From: an uncultured Chlamydiae bacterium
Lineage (GTDB): Bacteria > Chlamydiota > Chlamydiia > Chlamydiales > JAJFMB01
DNA length: 64,000 nt
NCBI GenBank assembly: GCA_963696295.1
Contig: CAVOJR010000001.1
Span: 2,240,001 to 2,304,000, forward strand
Direction of reading: 5' to 3'
How positions within the stretch are numbered: position 1 is the stretch's first letter; the number at the start of each line of letters is the position of its first letter. A program made the position numbers and the translations under genes. Positions 38,501 to 46,071 of this stretch are shown here, piece after piece. A model generated the notes under the pieces. It did no database searches. It was not told the DNA's origin and saw only the letters and a program-made list of their open reading frames with translations.

Positions 38501-40377
38501 GCGTGCCACCGGTTGAGCTCCTCGGTCAACTCGAGCTCTAAAGCCAATCTTTGGAATTCAGGACCTTTCTTTTCGATGGCCTCTTTCTGTTGCTGGACGG
38601 GATCGATAATCGCTAATTGTTCCCCATTGCGCAATTCCGCCGCAAATTCGGTAAAGGTAAGCAGTTTTGCCTTGAAGCGTTCGCAATGCTTGTCTTGCAC
38701 CGCGCTCACAAATTCTTGCGCGGCCTGTTCAATTTTCGCTTTAGCTTCCCCATTGGATGTCGCCGCGGCGGCATGTTTGGAGGCTCTGAGAACGGCTTGG
38801 GAACGGGCGTCTTGCTTCGAGAGCAGAAGCGGCAGCTGGCATTCGGGCCTTTTTTCCATGCTCAGCCGGATCGCGTCTTTGGCAAAATTATTTTTGCGCT
38901 CCTCATCCCTTTGTTTGACCTGGGTGATTTCATTGAGCGTTTTCCAGGGTGCGGCCTCTTTTTGCACGGCGTTCATTTTTTGGGTGTAGCTCTCATATTC
39001 AACCAGAGACTGGTTGACCCTGTTAAGATAGGCGCTTTCTCCCGTCCCCTTCTCGATCAGGCTCATTTCCAGCTTTTGAAGCTCCTGGCAAATGGGCTGC
39101 ACCTCGCGGAAGAACTCTTCCCATTTCTCATCTGAAAGCTTGTTGAAACTTTCGCGTAAACTCTTCACATTCTGCCCCTTATCTTCCAGGGCTTGCAGGG
39201 AGGAGGAGATTCTTCTGGAAATCAGGGCGCAGATAGACACGGCGTGTTCTTCGATGGCGTGGTTGGCTTCATCAATATGTTCTATGAGATTGTGAAGTCC
39301 TTCGTGTGCCTCCGTTCTCTTTTTCTCCTGCCGCTCTAAATGGTACAATTCGAATTCGAAAAAGCGCTGTTCAAAACTTTTTTCCTTAGGGTTAGCCGCT
39401 AAAAGCTCTTGTATCCGCTGCCGCACGAGAGCCGTGCGTTTAAACAAATACTCATCTTCGGTGCGGGAGGAATATTGCTCTTCCAGTTCCTGCTCTGAGA
39501 GCGTCTTAATCTTTTCGAGGGTGGAGAGGAACTTCTGCTCTTCTTTGTGGGAGTGGGAAAGAGCTCTTTGCATCACCTCATTTTTCTTCCTGAGGATACT
39601 TTCTTTTAAGGGGGAAGGGGCCAGGTGAATGATTTTGGCGACATCTTCTCTTTTCAACAAATTAGGGTGTTTGAGCAAAATGTTAAAATCGTTTTCAATC
39701 GTGTTGGTGTTGAGGTTGTCTTCGTATTTTTTCTCATTATTGAAAATTTGGATAAAGACGGTGGCGAAAGAGTGCAAGCCGATAAAGCGGCGCATAAGAG
39801 TGGCGTCCTCTTTAAAAATCTCTTCGACTCTCTCTTCGGCCTGGGCCCATAAATCTTCTCCGATATCGCGGTCGGCAATCTTATTCATCAGCTCGCAGAG
39901 CTCTTGCAATAGAGGTTCTTCCGGTTTGGTTCCAAGGGTCTCTTTCATCCAGGTCTGCATGAGTTCTTTTTTCTCATCGTGGGATAATTTTTCGGCAATC
40001 GCATCGGCGGAAACGTGCCTTCCTTTAAGGGCTTTGCAAAGGCTCTCCATTCTTTGTTCCAAAAGGTCTGCCTTGGAAGGGGTAAATCTTTTCTTCACGG
40101 CGGTGGGGCTGTTTAAGAACAACACGACGCCTTTTTTACAATAAGCATTGAGCGAACAGGCTGCGTTGGAAATCATTTTCATCGTCGAGAGAATCGCAAA
40201 GGCGACCATTTGCACCCCAATGGCCACGGCGCGGCTGGTTTGGTAAACGGCCCTTGCGGCTTTGTGCTTCAAGTCCCCTTCAACCATATAGGTTAATACA
40301 TCAAATTCTTTAAAACAGTTATCGAGATTCGGGATGTCTAAATAATGGAAAGTATGACGATGATGCAATATATTCAT
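29527..40377 (-). CDS. Giant 3616-aa DUF3638/DUF3645-type P-loop NTPase-like protein, putative effector
   Basis: Ordered motifs QARMGFGKT, FDELDD, IAVPY, GCSGT, AIVDAAG, KNTRGSDIK, KQAVLRFRNL; coiled coils at both ends. Confidence 0.8.
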   Translation of the reverse strand: MNILHHRHTFHYLDIPNLDNCFKEFDVLTYMVEGDLKHKAARAVYQTSRAVAIGVQMVAFAILSTMKMISNAACSLNAYCKKGVVLFLNSPTAVKKRFTPSKADLLEQRMESLCKALKGRHVSADAIAEKLSHDEKKELMQTWMKETLGTKPEEPLLQELCELMNKIADRDIGEDLWAQAEERVEEIFKEDATLMRRFIGLHSFATVFIQIFNNEKKYEDNLNTNTIENDFNILLKHPNLLKREDVAKIIHLAPSPLKESILRKKNEVMQRALSHSHKEEQKFLSTLEKIKTLSEQELEEQYSSRTEDEYLFKRTALVRQRIQELLAANPKEKSFEQRFFEFELYHLERQEKKRTEAHEGLHNLIEHIDEANHAIEEHAVSICALISRRISSSLQALEDKGQNVKSLRESFNKLSDEKWEEFFREVQPICQELQKLEMSLIEKGTGESAYLNRVNQSLVEYESYTQKMNAVQKEAAPWKTLNEITQVKQRDEERKNNFAKDAIRLSMEKRPECQLPLLLSKQDARSQAVLRASKHAAAATSNGEAKAKIEQAAQEFVSAVQDKHCERFKAKLLTFTEFAAELRNGEQLAIIDPVQQQKEAIEKKGPEFQRLALELELTEELNRWHARLQEIWLEHMPREQEEVIKACSNARVKKIKMSELFEVWLETLTGKKLTTPLSFDRIGNPDNSALRKEAIESRLIANSNFHVRKFVEKIRQKIASDHKDQALAKPLQGFSSELIGNELSKCPITDPVAYCQYLDLQGNPAGFEDFISALEKARRKLVNQAPGIDQSVEWVRTLTKNPLLKNASSTRFMVIAECRQIIQESYAANLPVPGDIQEIFLNAHKTDKSGLKLYDFDKMNNRERGVFLASFLQMLFAGGAKYTLTEKQRSHFIQLLALSALPQKDALLASIDVGAVSNPAASALLEEVGHRLQLSTSVRLEGVEESTLQKSFQLSNLPETPETRALLDAERAVSSEELSLSLLPYVYAKYPLNHDQGREAIARALLHAFAHHPEAILKHATEKMDLHKNDMLNPKTLAPPLCEFYKDILLELEPTLDIDLHFNNQLIASKDANQMLMGYARLITYYSRKDPLTAEQFYVLLKCKIAYQNLKLNYFEGKKEIAGFLKVAADAAESSMMTTAPRIRQQLENPDFLEALKDLVEKERSPEFSAQLLLKELSNCQGQKTFTNTVVPGIIAFGTRIKIDGATGIVYNDGRQQVNLPPHLQNHPAVISLGISNLPYTWDARENTFVYYTKENGRHIPQIIVKEVNGEPVIHKRLSTTFQPGSQSDLQFVQKENIVLPIAALHRMGVKTFWQDRLGSVFGYDKEGQLAFSLHKGNPCHIKTRDGGSYTFISENDIQNYSNHPVLSRLFSSFNPNEILISLDKKAYLIPALSLKLTREMDKSGEIYWVTERKGMGRKILDITRPKSSCLIFRNENNEHKAKEIRRKLKEENYRLQLDQADGLSYLDKHVIKSREQTIAKLSHALTVLEERTFLTTLPDDAYIEEEVQGIVDLIPAGIRAQFKPKSPYPYEVYHEALVFLNEKLSEAARKLAVSSDNKLQETVHLWLKAYQAIRAKYEKTCDRSLEAVLFSESSDTSVLTSDLTAALAIALKGMEKGAAPLRLIQELAKYPLDKPLTDAQVRLLEQAIGAGLKAPVTDEQKQLNTYLQLLQYLHLSYKMQELSHTPLSDKKQWVDSLKSAHAAAGASLGNSIKQLPANLSKELVALWKKAQFDKENPALKEVERKEVPFVKHVNPAVEGQFQLWGSQTLLERLSREDAITAVHKNPADELSPHHESLIRAFQKHSHDQVIGFHLEELGNFNLDGLYEEFRVNHTAGTALHGLKKSDVDSIFAFLIKERVISRPAQSTNYYYLTSVDKAITEFPANQVRALLTHLPLSEEQLTKITNRLQSFLFRAMLSGFKFSFKEGVEKALDKELESEKQIHLQKWLEAEAALKAELPNFNASYVDLKYALLSDDYTKFGNDPAKLVRLTNGMIRYMFHKTEVQHIENVQKAPAFGERNKIELLLTRRNYPVDLLLQEGLKGEKRKEQIMQRAFLAFEEDYGYRCNVLQIKMFHSLILDTNHEEAIDAAQARMGFGKTALLPLMSIVRVALERKWPEEDKHLVRYVVPRAVIEDNKSSFNQRFSAIVGGNVLKDRDFARYQIDQDNPEESFKLAIADLESRLTFYRKAKEQGNVLIQWPEIRGAMEAQELDFGEMIIKGGIPRNILDLCLEAKRLLGEIRSIPTYTVFDELDDTQDIKSREVNFTRGDKNPIPRSTIRPLERLLTYVENNKGKDWKNLEERARDLVTALCTDRNGDPIVNCHYELIKYLTQRNEKMNDPTKNLLSQALADHLNDPKAHHTENDSMLMLIRALLLDENILALAKSKQPSTHFGARFIERDGERVYFADPDSESTLLIAVPYEGTNTPKGLSIFDNTEVAAITTMRYYRSPETLLSIKPHLDFLVKQVQRGAIPEHMSQHYLQGIKASNGSTVIEWLEQIAGMLDAEERRVAKEKFYKEFMANPSEDFRKFFAMAVVVTQIKSDEACAKSDRYEKGSCDNIEKGCSGTVGGTSSYFARQETDAAADGKLSIEIMGRSNNAVIQWLTSPTPGEDYLKAIIRTLLANSNENTRAIVDAAGMCKSRDGTPEAVVAELWNQLKADPKFAGIEGIVYYGRDNIKRLYRGGSQEAIPCTTAMELAALDEKKYFSFYGQKNTRGSDIKQANGAHSLVTLDENVSNSDAKQAVLRFRNLVNRDSNQTFSFAVMPSFEAILKETLTADAKRAQEESQRELVIYQDALQNQTALPGQAKFDKKMTEDGISALKQQLAKIQKRLNTIHSMQAREMQTREIANFLRLQEKNREEKGALSIFRKEMKAHIKQAGAHLEASILAKLPKPLKDEQKAAYEKFLTEKSAIVSFVEYSINTLYLKYGIPTTNTARDLYIKEQTELANRRLNDLFDTAGRFAAAAGSAISVKKEFYQEHIERSKNFFKERFDEHTPVQTLHVNADGEAVAEAQAQAEAEAEATSLAEKLAEGIVEVLDRFQALQLKMASDPHLTVTLDFLDDNTQLTEIEKFNPMKNLIRPDQRKHFKVSPAIANNPLLASHFALIGSSGVIFIAQQEAELFAKELKAHNVNELKGYKLFDARTLKEDTVPQAQVRCAVLGDNKIPKDRVEDTITLRATSLVNVESDQLVPHLHVKGPDDLNDYFIPGEFGVGRDMEFAIAINEKSVPDQFKLAVKAEAFTQEITIPTKNEILMKEIQDEFAKKSVRKFEAVHTKIEADLQKYLPKLAELKRKEAELEALNQKDKLAISQVKAFDLTSTMKSGLRQRDDEYTGRGDLAKIGKKTIEHVEKIVKLQGDLRTDPSPRSLKALQESFDQLVSTDIVKKASASGFNFKTSTLFDEDTWNRYQQNLSQVPFLEQTYGRIVYNVHKGNTKFSPAEGCTVLEAQTCNRDDCHNMFAQVIPNLIQSVGSINKTIADMAAREAERKKIRDEIEEIQKKYAPLIEALRMAKEIVDAQGAIEKVLQEKGMFYHQGQFFDQFDFSNEDLWELKMDVALKTSMPNYHYVVEDMKTYQRTLKALTQGESEEMQKNKKFLANVMDLSRKVEEREEIAYI

Positions 40378-40413
40378 GATTTTTATTGTCTCAATGTTTT
40401 ATAAATGAATACA

Positions 40414-40442
40414 AATTTAACAGAGTGTAAATTTTTTTGCAA
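40414..40442 (-). promoter_or_regulatory. Putative sigma66/70 promoter of the giant gene
   Basis: TTGCAA-N17-TAAATT. Confidence 0.5.
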
Positions 40443-40454
40443 ATAAAGACTTAG

Positions 40455-40809
40455 TTAATAAATTGTTAAGATTAAATAATTAAATACTTCGTTGACGATG
40501 ATATCCGGCCGGTCCACCTGCACTAAATAGCTGCTTTTCTCGGCAATCATGTCAGGATCCCTTGAGATATAAGTGACAGGAATATTTGTTAGAGGTCTTG
40601 CTTTTTCCCTCAATTTTTTAAAACTTTCCTCATAGCCATTCCATTCGCTAAGACAGGTATTGAATGTCTTGACTTTGGCTTGATGGCAACTTTTTGCATG
40701 GTGGGCGTCTACTTGGGATTCGAGCTGATCGGGGGAGAGAATTTTAACAGCAAGCGTAAAACGCCAAAATGCGCCAGAAAGGAAATCGCCTCGGGAAAAG
40801 ACCGGCTCT
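40455..40809 (-). pseudogene. Possible C-terminal remnant of an alpha/beta hydrolase
   Basis: PLTNIPVTYISR..IAEKSSYLVQVDRPDIIVNEV resembles hydrolase C-termini (..SgHxiqxDrPdlv..), with the catalytic His replaced and no credible start. Confidence 0.4.
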
Positions 40810-41652
40810 TTATATTTTCTTGGACATCTGCACGAGGCGGGCAATTCTCTGGTCCATCGGAGGATGAGTGGAGAACAGGCTATTGAGGGAGCCGGTGGTA
40901 AATGGGTATACAATAAAGAGGCTGGCTGTGGCGGCCTGCTTGGGGTTGCTCGGTACAAGCCTGGCCCGGTTGACGCTGCCCTCTAATTTTTTTAAGGCGG
41001 AAGCCAGGGCCAGCGGATCTTTGCAGGCATGCGCGCCCGATTCGTCCGCCTGATATTCCCTGGAGCGGGAAACGCCCATTTGGATCAGCGAAGCCATGAA
41101 GGGCATGGCCATCGAGATTAAAAGCGCTTTGGAATTGCTTTCCCCTTTAGCATAGGCGGACCATTTCATTGAATTCGCCAGCATGCCGATCGAGGCGGCG
41201 ATGGTAACGGCGATCGTCGAGATCAAAATGTCTCTATTTTTGATGTGGCCGAGTTCGTGCGCCAGGACGCCGCGCAGTTCATTGGGCTCCAAAATCTGTA
41301 AAATGCCCTCAGTGACAGCCACATTTCCATGCTCGGGGTTTCTGCCCGTCGCAAAAGCGTTGGCGACATCGGTCGGCACATACCACAATTTGGGCATCGG
41401 AATCTGGTATTCTTTGGCCAGCTCGGCGACCATTTGATAGATGTAGCCGTATCTTTCTTTATCCAAAGGGGTCGCGTTATAAGCTTTCAGGACATACTGG
41501 TCGGAGTAGAAATAGGAAGCGAAGTTCATGGCGATCGAGGCTAAGAAGGCGATAAAAGCCCCGGTTTGCCCACCGAAAAGGTACCCCATGAACATGAGCA
41601 GGCCGGTGAGCGACCCGAGCAAAAAAACTGTGCGCATCTGGTTGTGTCCCAT
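40810..41652 (-). CDS. htpX: Zinc metalloprotease HtpX
   Basis: NAFATGRNP, GVLAHELGHI, SRSREYQAD, FSTHPP. Confidence 0.96.
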   Translation of the reverse strand: MGHNQMRTVFLLGSLTGLLMFMGYLFGGQTGAFIAFLASIAMNFASYFYSDQYVLKAYNATPLDKERYGYIYQMVAELAKEYQIPMPKLWYVPTDVANAFATGRNPEHGNVAVTEGILQILEPNELRGVLAHELGHIKNRDILISTIAVTIAASIGMLANSMKWSAYAKGESNSKALLISMAMPFMASLIQMGVSRSREYQADESGAHACKDPLALASALKKLEGSVNRARLVPSNPKQAATASLFIVYPFTTGSLNSLFSTHPPMDQRIARLVQMSKKI

Positions 41653-41753
41653 AAATACTTTTATTTCATATTTTCATTTTTTTGGATAGAGGTAAATTAT
41701 CCTTGCGATTCAAAAAAAAATTTATTAGCTTTTGGGAAAAGGAGAACGCTCTC

Positions 41754-42602
41754 ATGAAAAAGTTGATCGCTATAGCCCTGCTGCTGTGCGGCCATTGCCA
41801 GGCGAATTATAACGGCTTTTATGCCGGCCTCAAAGTCGGGGGAGAGCGAGCCATAGCCAATGGCCATACTTCGAATTTCCTGGGATTGATTGATATTTTT
41901 GATAACACGACGACTATCTCTAACCGCGGCGAAACGGATGGGCATAACGACATTGTTATTGGGAACTTTTACGCCGGTTACGGGTTTACCTGCTATGGGG
42001 TTTTCCTCGGTCTCGAAGGGTTTGTCAATTTTCCAAGGCATGAGATCCGGAAAAATAATGTCTTGGAAAGCACATTGGATTTTGCCGATGAGAGCGAGTC
42101 TGTCCATATCCATCAAATCTTGGATCATTGTTTTAAAGTAACCTCCCGGTGTGTGGAGTACGGAGTGGATTTCAAGCCGGGCTTTTTGATAACGCCCTGT
42201 ACGCTGCTCTATGGCCGCGTGGGAGCGGCATTTAACAGCTTTGCCATTTGCTCAAGATCGGAGCTTCTTTATGAGGATGACTCTAAGGGTTTAGTCGAAC
42301 CCCCGTCGGTCTCGGTTATGGAGCGCTTTTTATCAAATAAGCAGCATAGCATGACCGGCCTCAGATTGGGGGTTGGCGCCGAGCTGCAGGTATATGAGAA
42401 TTTCGGCATTACCCTCGATTATGTCTTCACCGAGTACGGCTCAGTCTGCATCGAGGGGCAGCATGACACGACCATCAGGGGAAAGACCTTGCCGGATGGC
42501 CTGAATGTAAATTCGCAGGCGCATCTTAGGAATAACGCCGTATTGATCGGGGTGTCCTACCGGTTCTGCCTATCTTCCCTTCTGGGATGGTGCTGGCGTT
42601 AA
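41754..42602 (+). CDS. Outer-membrane beta-barrel protein
   Basis: Signal peptide MKKLIAIALLL, NGFYAG, LLYGRVG, terminal GVSYRF plus a short tail; RBS AGGAG. Confidence 0.85.
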   Translation: MKKLIAIALLLCGHCQANYNGFYAGLKVGGERAIANGHTSNFLGLIDIFDNTTTISNRGETDGHNDIVIGNFYAGYGFTCYGVFLGLEGFVNFPRHEIRKNNVLESTLDFADESESVHIHQILDHCFKVTSRCVEYGVDFKPGFLITPCTLLYGRVGAAFNSFAICSRSELLYEDDSKGLVEPPSVSVMERFLSNKQHSMTGLRLGVGAELQVYENFGITLDYVFTEYGSVCIEGQHDTTIRGKTLPDGLNVNSQAHLRNNAVLIGVSYRFCLSSLLGWCWR

Positions 42603-42638
42603 CTCGATAAAGTCAAAAACTTTTTACTTTGTCGAGTT
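42601..42638. terminator. Hairpin between convergent genes
   Basis: AACTCGATAAAGT...ACTTTGTCGAGTT. Confidence 0.65.
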
Positions 42639-43386
42639 AATTTACAAACTTAACATCTAGTGATTTCTTTAACGACCAAAGTTTGTTCAAATCAGCTACA
42701 TTTGTCCAATCGCTCTTTACTTCAGCCGTTTTTAAATTCGGACAAGAGTCGAATATCTGACATAGATCATTATAATCGAACAGGATGCGATTGGTACGGC
42801 TCTCTTCCTGCTTTTTAATCAGATTTTGCACCTGTTGCTGATAGTCATCTGCTTTAATGATTTCGTGTAATTCATCGTCATAATCCAGATCGATGTAGAC
42901 ATTTTCAAACCCTGCCGGCTTCGTTGCTAAATCACTCAAACAACGATTGAAAGGCAATACAGCCACAAATTGACGGGATGATAAATCTAAGTTTTTTAAG
43001 CGATGCCCGTATTTTTTAAACAAAGCCAGGGTTTCTTGCGGTGTTTGGACAAGAGCTGCCTGGCCATAAAATGCCTTTTCAAACTCCTCGTCAATCTTAA
43101 CGAGGCGCGCATCGGCCATATTTGTTCCGGATTGAATGGAATAGGCCATGAAAAGAAACACACAAGTGAGCAGGGTGGTAGGAAAGGCATCCTTACCGGC
43201 GGCCAGTTTCACGATCGCTCTACAGTTATTAAAGACCAATACGGCTAATGTCGCCCGAAGCAAAACATGCCCTAGAAAAGAAAGACAGCGCAATGCGATC
43301 TTCTCCACCATACGGTTGGAAACCAGATCGTCAAGAGGTTTTACTGAAATAAGCGCATTACTCGGATTAATAGTTGAAACATCCAT
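42637..43386 (-). CDS. Hypothetical Inc-like membrane protein with LRR-like fragments
   Basis: Ser/Thr/Pro N-terminus, two close hydrophobic segments, then LKNLDLS and SCPNLKT. Confidence 0.6.
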   Translation of the reverse strand: MDVSTINPSNALISVKPLDDLVSNRMVEKIALRCLSFLGHVLLRATLAVLVFNNCRAIVKLAAGKDAFPTTLLTCVFLFMAYSIQSGTNMADARLVKIDEEFEKAFYGQAALVQTPQETLALFKKYGHRLKNLDLSSRQFVAVLPFNRCLSDLATKPAGFENVYIDLDYDDELHEIIKADDYQQQVQNLIKKQEESRTNRILFDYNDLCQIFDSCPNLKTAEVKSDWTNVADLNKLWSLKKSLDVKFVN

Positions 43387-43534
43387 GATAACTCCACAAT
43401 TAGATGATTAATATATACAAAAATAGTTAAATTGACAACTAAAATAAAATATATCTTTCTGCAACCTTTAAACATGGACTTTTATTCTTCGGGCATTTAT
43501 CTTATCCGTGAGTAAAATTTACAATGGTTGAAAA

Positions 43535-45157
43535 ATGAATGGATCAGGCAGCGTTCACAAGCGTTCTTATGAAGAAAATTTACATCCGGGATACAACTCT
43601 CCTGAAAAGGAGATTGCCGATACTGATTTAAATGAATTCAACACTCATGCAATGGCGGTTACTCATTCAGGTTTAACGGACATTATTAAAAAAGTCAGAA
43701 TTCAAAGGGAGACGGAGATCATTCCTTTGGATGAAACGACTGTACCTAACTTTCTGAAAAGCAAATTTCAAAAGATCAAGCTCGCCGTTGCTGAAGCTAT
43801 CATGCCTGATGCGAGCGAGGCTCTGCATAATAAAATCGCCAATTCGGCATTTGCTCTACGCCAGGCGTCACAAACTTCGGCGCCGCTTGATGATCGCATC
43901 CTCATGTATCCTGTGCGCGCTTCTAATTGCGCAAGCGGCTGCTATTTTCTGAAAAATATGCAGGGAAGGAACACGCTTGTTGTAAAACCGTCCTCCCAGG
44001 AAAGCGGCAATGTATTTTGCCCCGTTCCGACAGGCAAAGATTCTCCTGGCATCATTCCCGGTCAAGGGGTGCTAAGAGAGTGGCTCGCATGGAAAATTCA
44101 AACTATGCTCGGCGTGGACTTGGGAATTCCTGAAACGACTCTCATCGAAATGAGGCATCCCTATTTTTTGGATCACAAAACATCGCCCGTCTTTAACGCG
44201 CTGAAGCAGCTCAACGCTCATGTGAGCATCAAAAATGGCCAGGAGTGGACTGAGATTGAGTTTTTAAAGTGCCTGAGGCAGGCTCAGGGGCTATTACCCG
44301 CGGTGACTGAACTCGTTTTGAACCGCGATCGCGGGGCTTTAACGGAATTACATCTCGGAGCCGATTTTGTCGGTTTTTGTCAGAATAATGAACCGCCGGC
44401 CCGTTTAGCCGATGTGCAAACAATACTTAAAGATAAATTTCCCGCACATAACTGGAAACAGCTTTTCCCGCTTTGGAATACCCTGTTTAAGCAGAAAGGC
44501 ATGGAAGAAGCTGTCAGTAAAGTCTATGAAGAGTTAGTGGAAAAGAGACAAACTGCCGAGCCTGCGCTGGTCTCCGCCCAAGAATATATGCCGGGCTATG
44601 AGTGCGATCTTGAAAGCGCGGAAGGGGTGGAGCAGATTTCTCAGAGTGAATTTTGGAAGCTGGTGATCGATTTGATTCTCTTCAATTGCGACCGGCACAC
44701 AGGAAATATATTGGTTAAAGATAAAAAGTTGCTTCTAATCGATCATGGCATGACCTTGCCCGATCCCTTATTTAATGAAGGGGGAAAAGGGATTAAAAAT
44801 CCGACAATGGAGTATTTGCATTTGCCGCAAGTCAACAGCCCGGTTGAGGGGCCGATCAAAGAGGCGATCCTACATCTGAATATCTCGCAATTCTTGCCCA
44901 CCTTAGAAGCGGAAGTCAAAGAGGTTCAGGCGCGCTTTCCGAAATATGAAAAGGAATTGAGTCTCACGCGGGATCACTTCACCTTTCTTAGCTTCAGTCT
45001 TCGATTTCTTCAAAAAGGGCTTAGCCAGGGCAGAACATTGAAAGCGATGGCGATGGACTATGCCGATGGAAAAGCGCAAGCGATCCTTGCCGCCTCGTTA
45101 AATGGGAATCAGGAATTGGACAAGCTTTTGCTTGAAAGCTTGCTTAACAAATTATAG
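43535..45157 (+). CDS. PI3/PI4-kinase-family (type II PI4K-like) kinase, putative effector
   Basis: SGCYF..VVKP..E, GQGVLREWLAW, GIPET..HPYF, SAQEY, NCDRHTGNILV, LIDHG. Confidence 0.85.
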   Translation: MNGSGSVHKRSYEENLHPGYNSPEKEIADTDLNEFNTHAMAVTHSGLTDIIKKVRIQRETEIIPLDETTVPNFLKSKFQKIKLAVAEAIMPDASEALHNKIANSAFALRQASQTSAPLDDRILMYPVRASNCASGCYFLKNMQGRNTLVVKPSSQESGNVFCPVPTGKDSPGIIPGQGVLREWLAWKIQTMLGVDLGIPETTLIEMRHPYFLDHKTSPVFNALKQLNAHVSIKNGQEWTEIEFLKCLRQAQGLLPAVTELVLNRDRGALTELHLGADFVGFCQNNEPPARLADVQTILKDKFPAHNWKQLFPLWNTLFKQKGMEEAVSKVYEELVEKRQTAEPALVSAQEYMPGYECDLESAEGVEQISQSEFWKLVIDLILFNCDRHTGNILVKDKKLLLIDHGMTLPDPLFNEGGKGIKNPTMEYLHLPQVNSPVEGPIKEAILHLNISQFLPTLEAEVKEVQARFPKYEKELSLTRDHFTFLSFSLRFLQKGLSQGRTLKAMAMDYADGKAQAILAASLNGNQELDKLLLESLLNKL

Positions 45158-45951
45158 ACTTCCCTTTTGGGAATCTTTCTCTCTGCTGCGACGGCTTTTA
45201 TCGCTTCGTTCCGGGAGAGCTTTCCATTTTTAAACACCTGCTCGAAGTGCTCTTCTATGGAGAGCTCCTGCCAAGGGGGGGCTTCTTCCCCGCCGGGGGC
45301 GATGAGGAGGACGATCTCCCCCTTTACTTCGCTCTCTTGCCAACGCAAAAGAAGTTCCGCGGCTGTTCCGGTCTGCAATTCTTCATAGATTTTGGTGAGC
45401 TCGCGAGCTACTGAGACCCGCTTTGAGGGAGCCATTTCTTGGATGAGGGAGAGGACATTTTTCAGACGGTGGGGCGACTCATAGGCGATGGTTGTGCCCG
45501 GATAGCGGCAGCACTCCTGCAGGATGGCTTTAAGTTCCGATTTTTTTTTGGGCAGGAACCCGACAAATTGAAACCTTTCCGTATCCAAACCCGAGAGAGT
45601 CAAAGCGGTGATGGCCGCGCACGGGCCGGGCAGGGAAGTGACCGGCAGGCCCCTTTCACGGCACAGCTTGACCAGGCGGGCGCCAGGATCGGATATGCCC
45701 GGCGTGCCGGCATCGGAGATCAGAGCGATCGATTTGCCCGCCTGCAACAGCTCAATGACGATGTTTTCCATTTTGGCTTCATTGAATTTGTGATAGCTTT
45801 TCAGGGGAGTGGAGATGTTGTAATGGGAGGTCAATTTTCGGCTATGGCGCGTGTCTTCACACAAGACGAGATCGCACGATTTTAGCGTCTCAATGGCGCG
45901 TAATGTGATATCGTTTAAATTTCCGATGGGGGTTGCGATTAGATAGAGCAT
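45109..45951 (-). CDS. rsmI: 16S rRNA C1402 2'-O-methyltransferase
   Basis: LYLIATPIGNL, CEDTR, SDAGTPGISDPG, YESPHR, ARELTKIYEE. Confidence 0.97.
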   Translation of the reverse strand: MLYLIATPIGNLNDITLRAIETLKSCDLVLCEDTRHSRKLTSHYNISTPLKSYHKFNEAKMENIVIELLQAGKSIALISDAGTPGISDPGARLVKLCRERGLPVTSLPGPCAAITALTLSGLDTERFQFVGFLPKKKSELKAILQECCRYPGTTIAYESPHRLKNVLSLIQEMAPSKRVSVARELTKIYEELQTGTAAELLLRWQESEVKGEIVLLIAPGGEEAPPWQELSIEEHFEQVFKNGKLSRNEAIKAVAAERKIPKREVYNLLSKLSSKSLSNS

Positions 45952-45966
45952 ATGGAATTAAAAAAA

Positions 45967-46038
45967 AGGTGGCACCCAGATTTGAACTGGGGGATGGAAG
46001 CTTTGCAGGCTTCTGCCTTACCACTTGGCTATGCCACC
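45967..46038 (-). tRNA. tRNA-Cys (GCA)
   Basis: Reverse complement GGTGGCATAGCCAAGTGGTAAGGCAGAAGCCTGCAAAGCTTCCATCCCCAGTTCAAATCTGGGTGCCACCT; anticodon arm GAAGC-CT-GCA-AA-GCTTC. Confidence 0.96.
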
Positions 46039-46071
46039 TCGTAAATGCTTGTTATAATAGATTCGGATTTA

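Noticed and set aside
45967..46038. tRNA-Cys or tRNA-His as an island integration site
   Set aside because: No duplicated tRNA 3' end and no integrase seen in the window.
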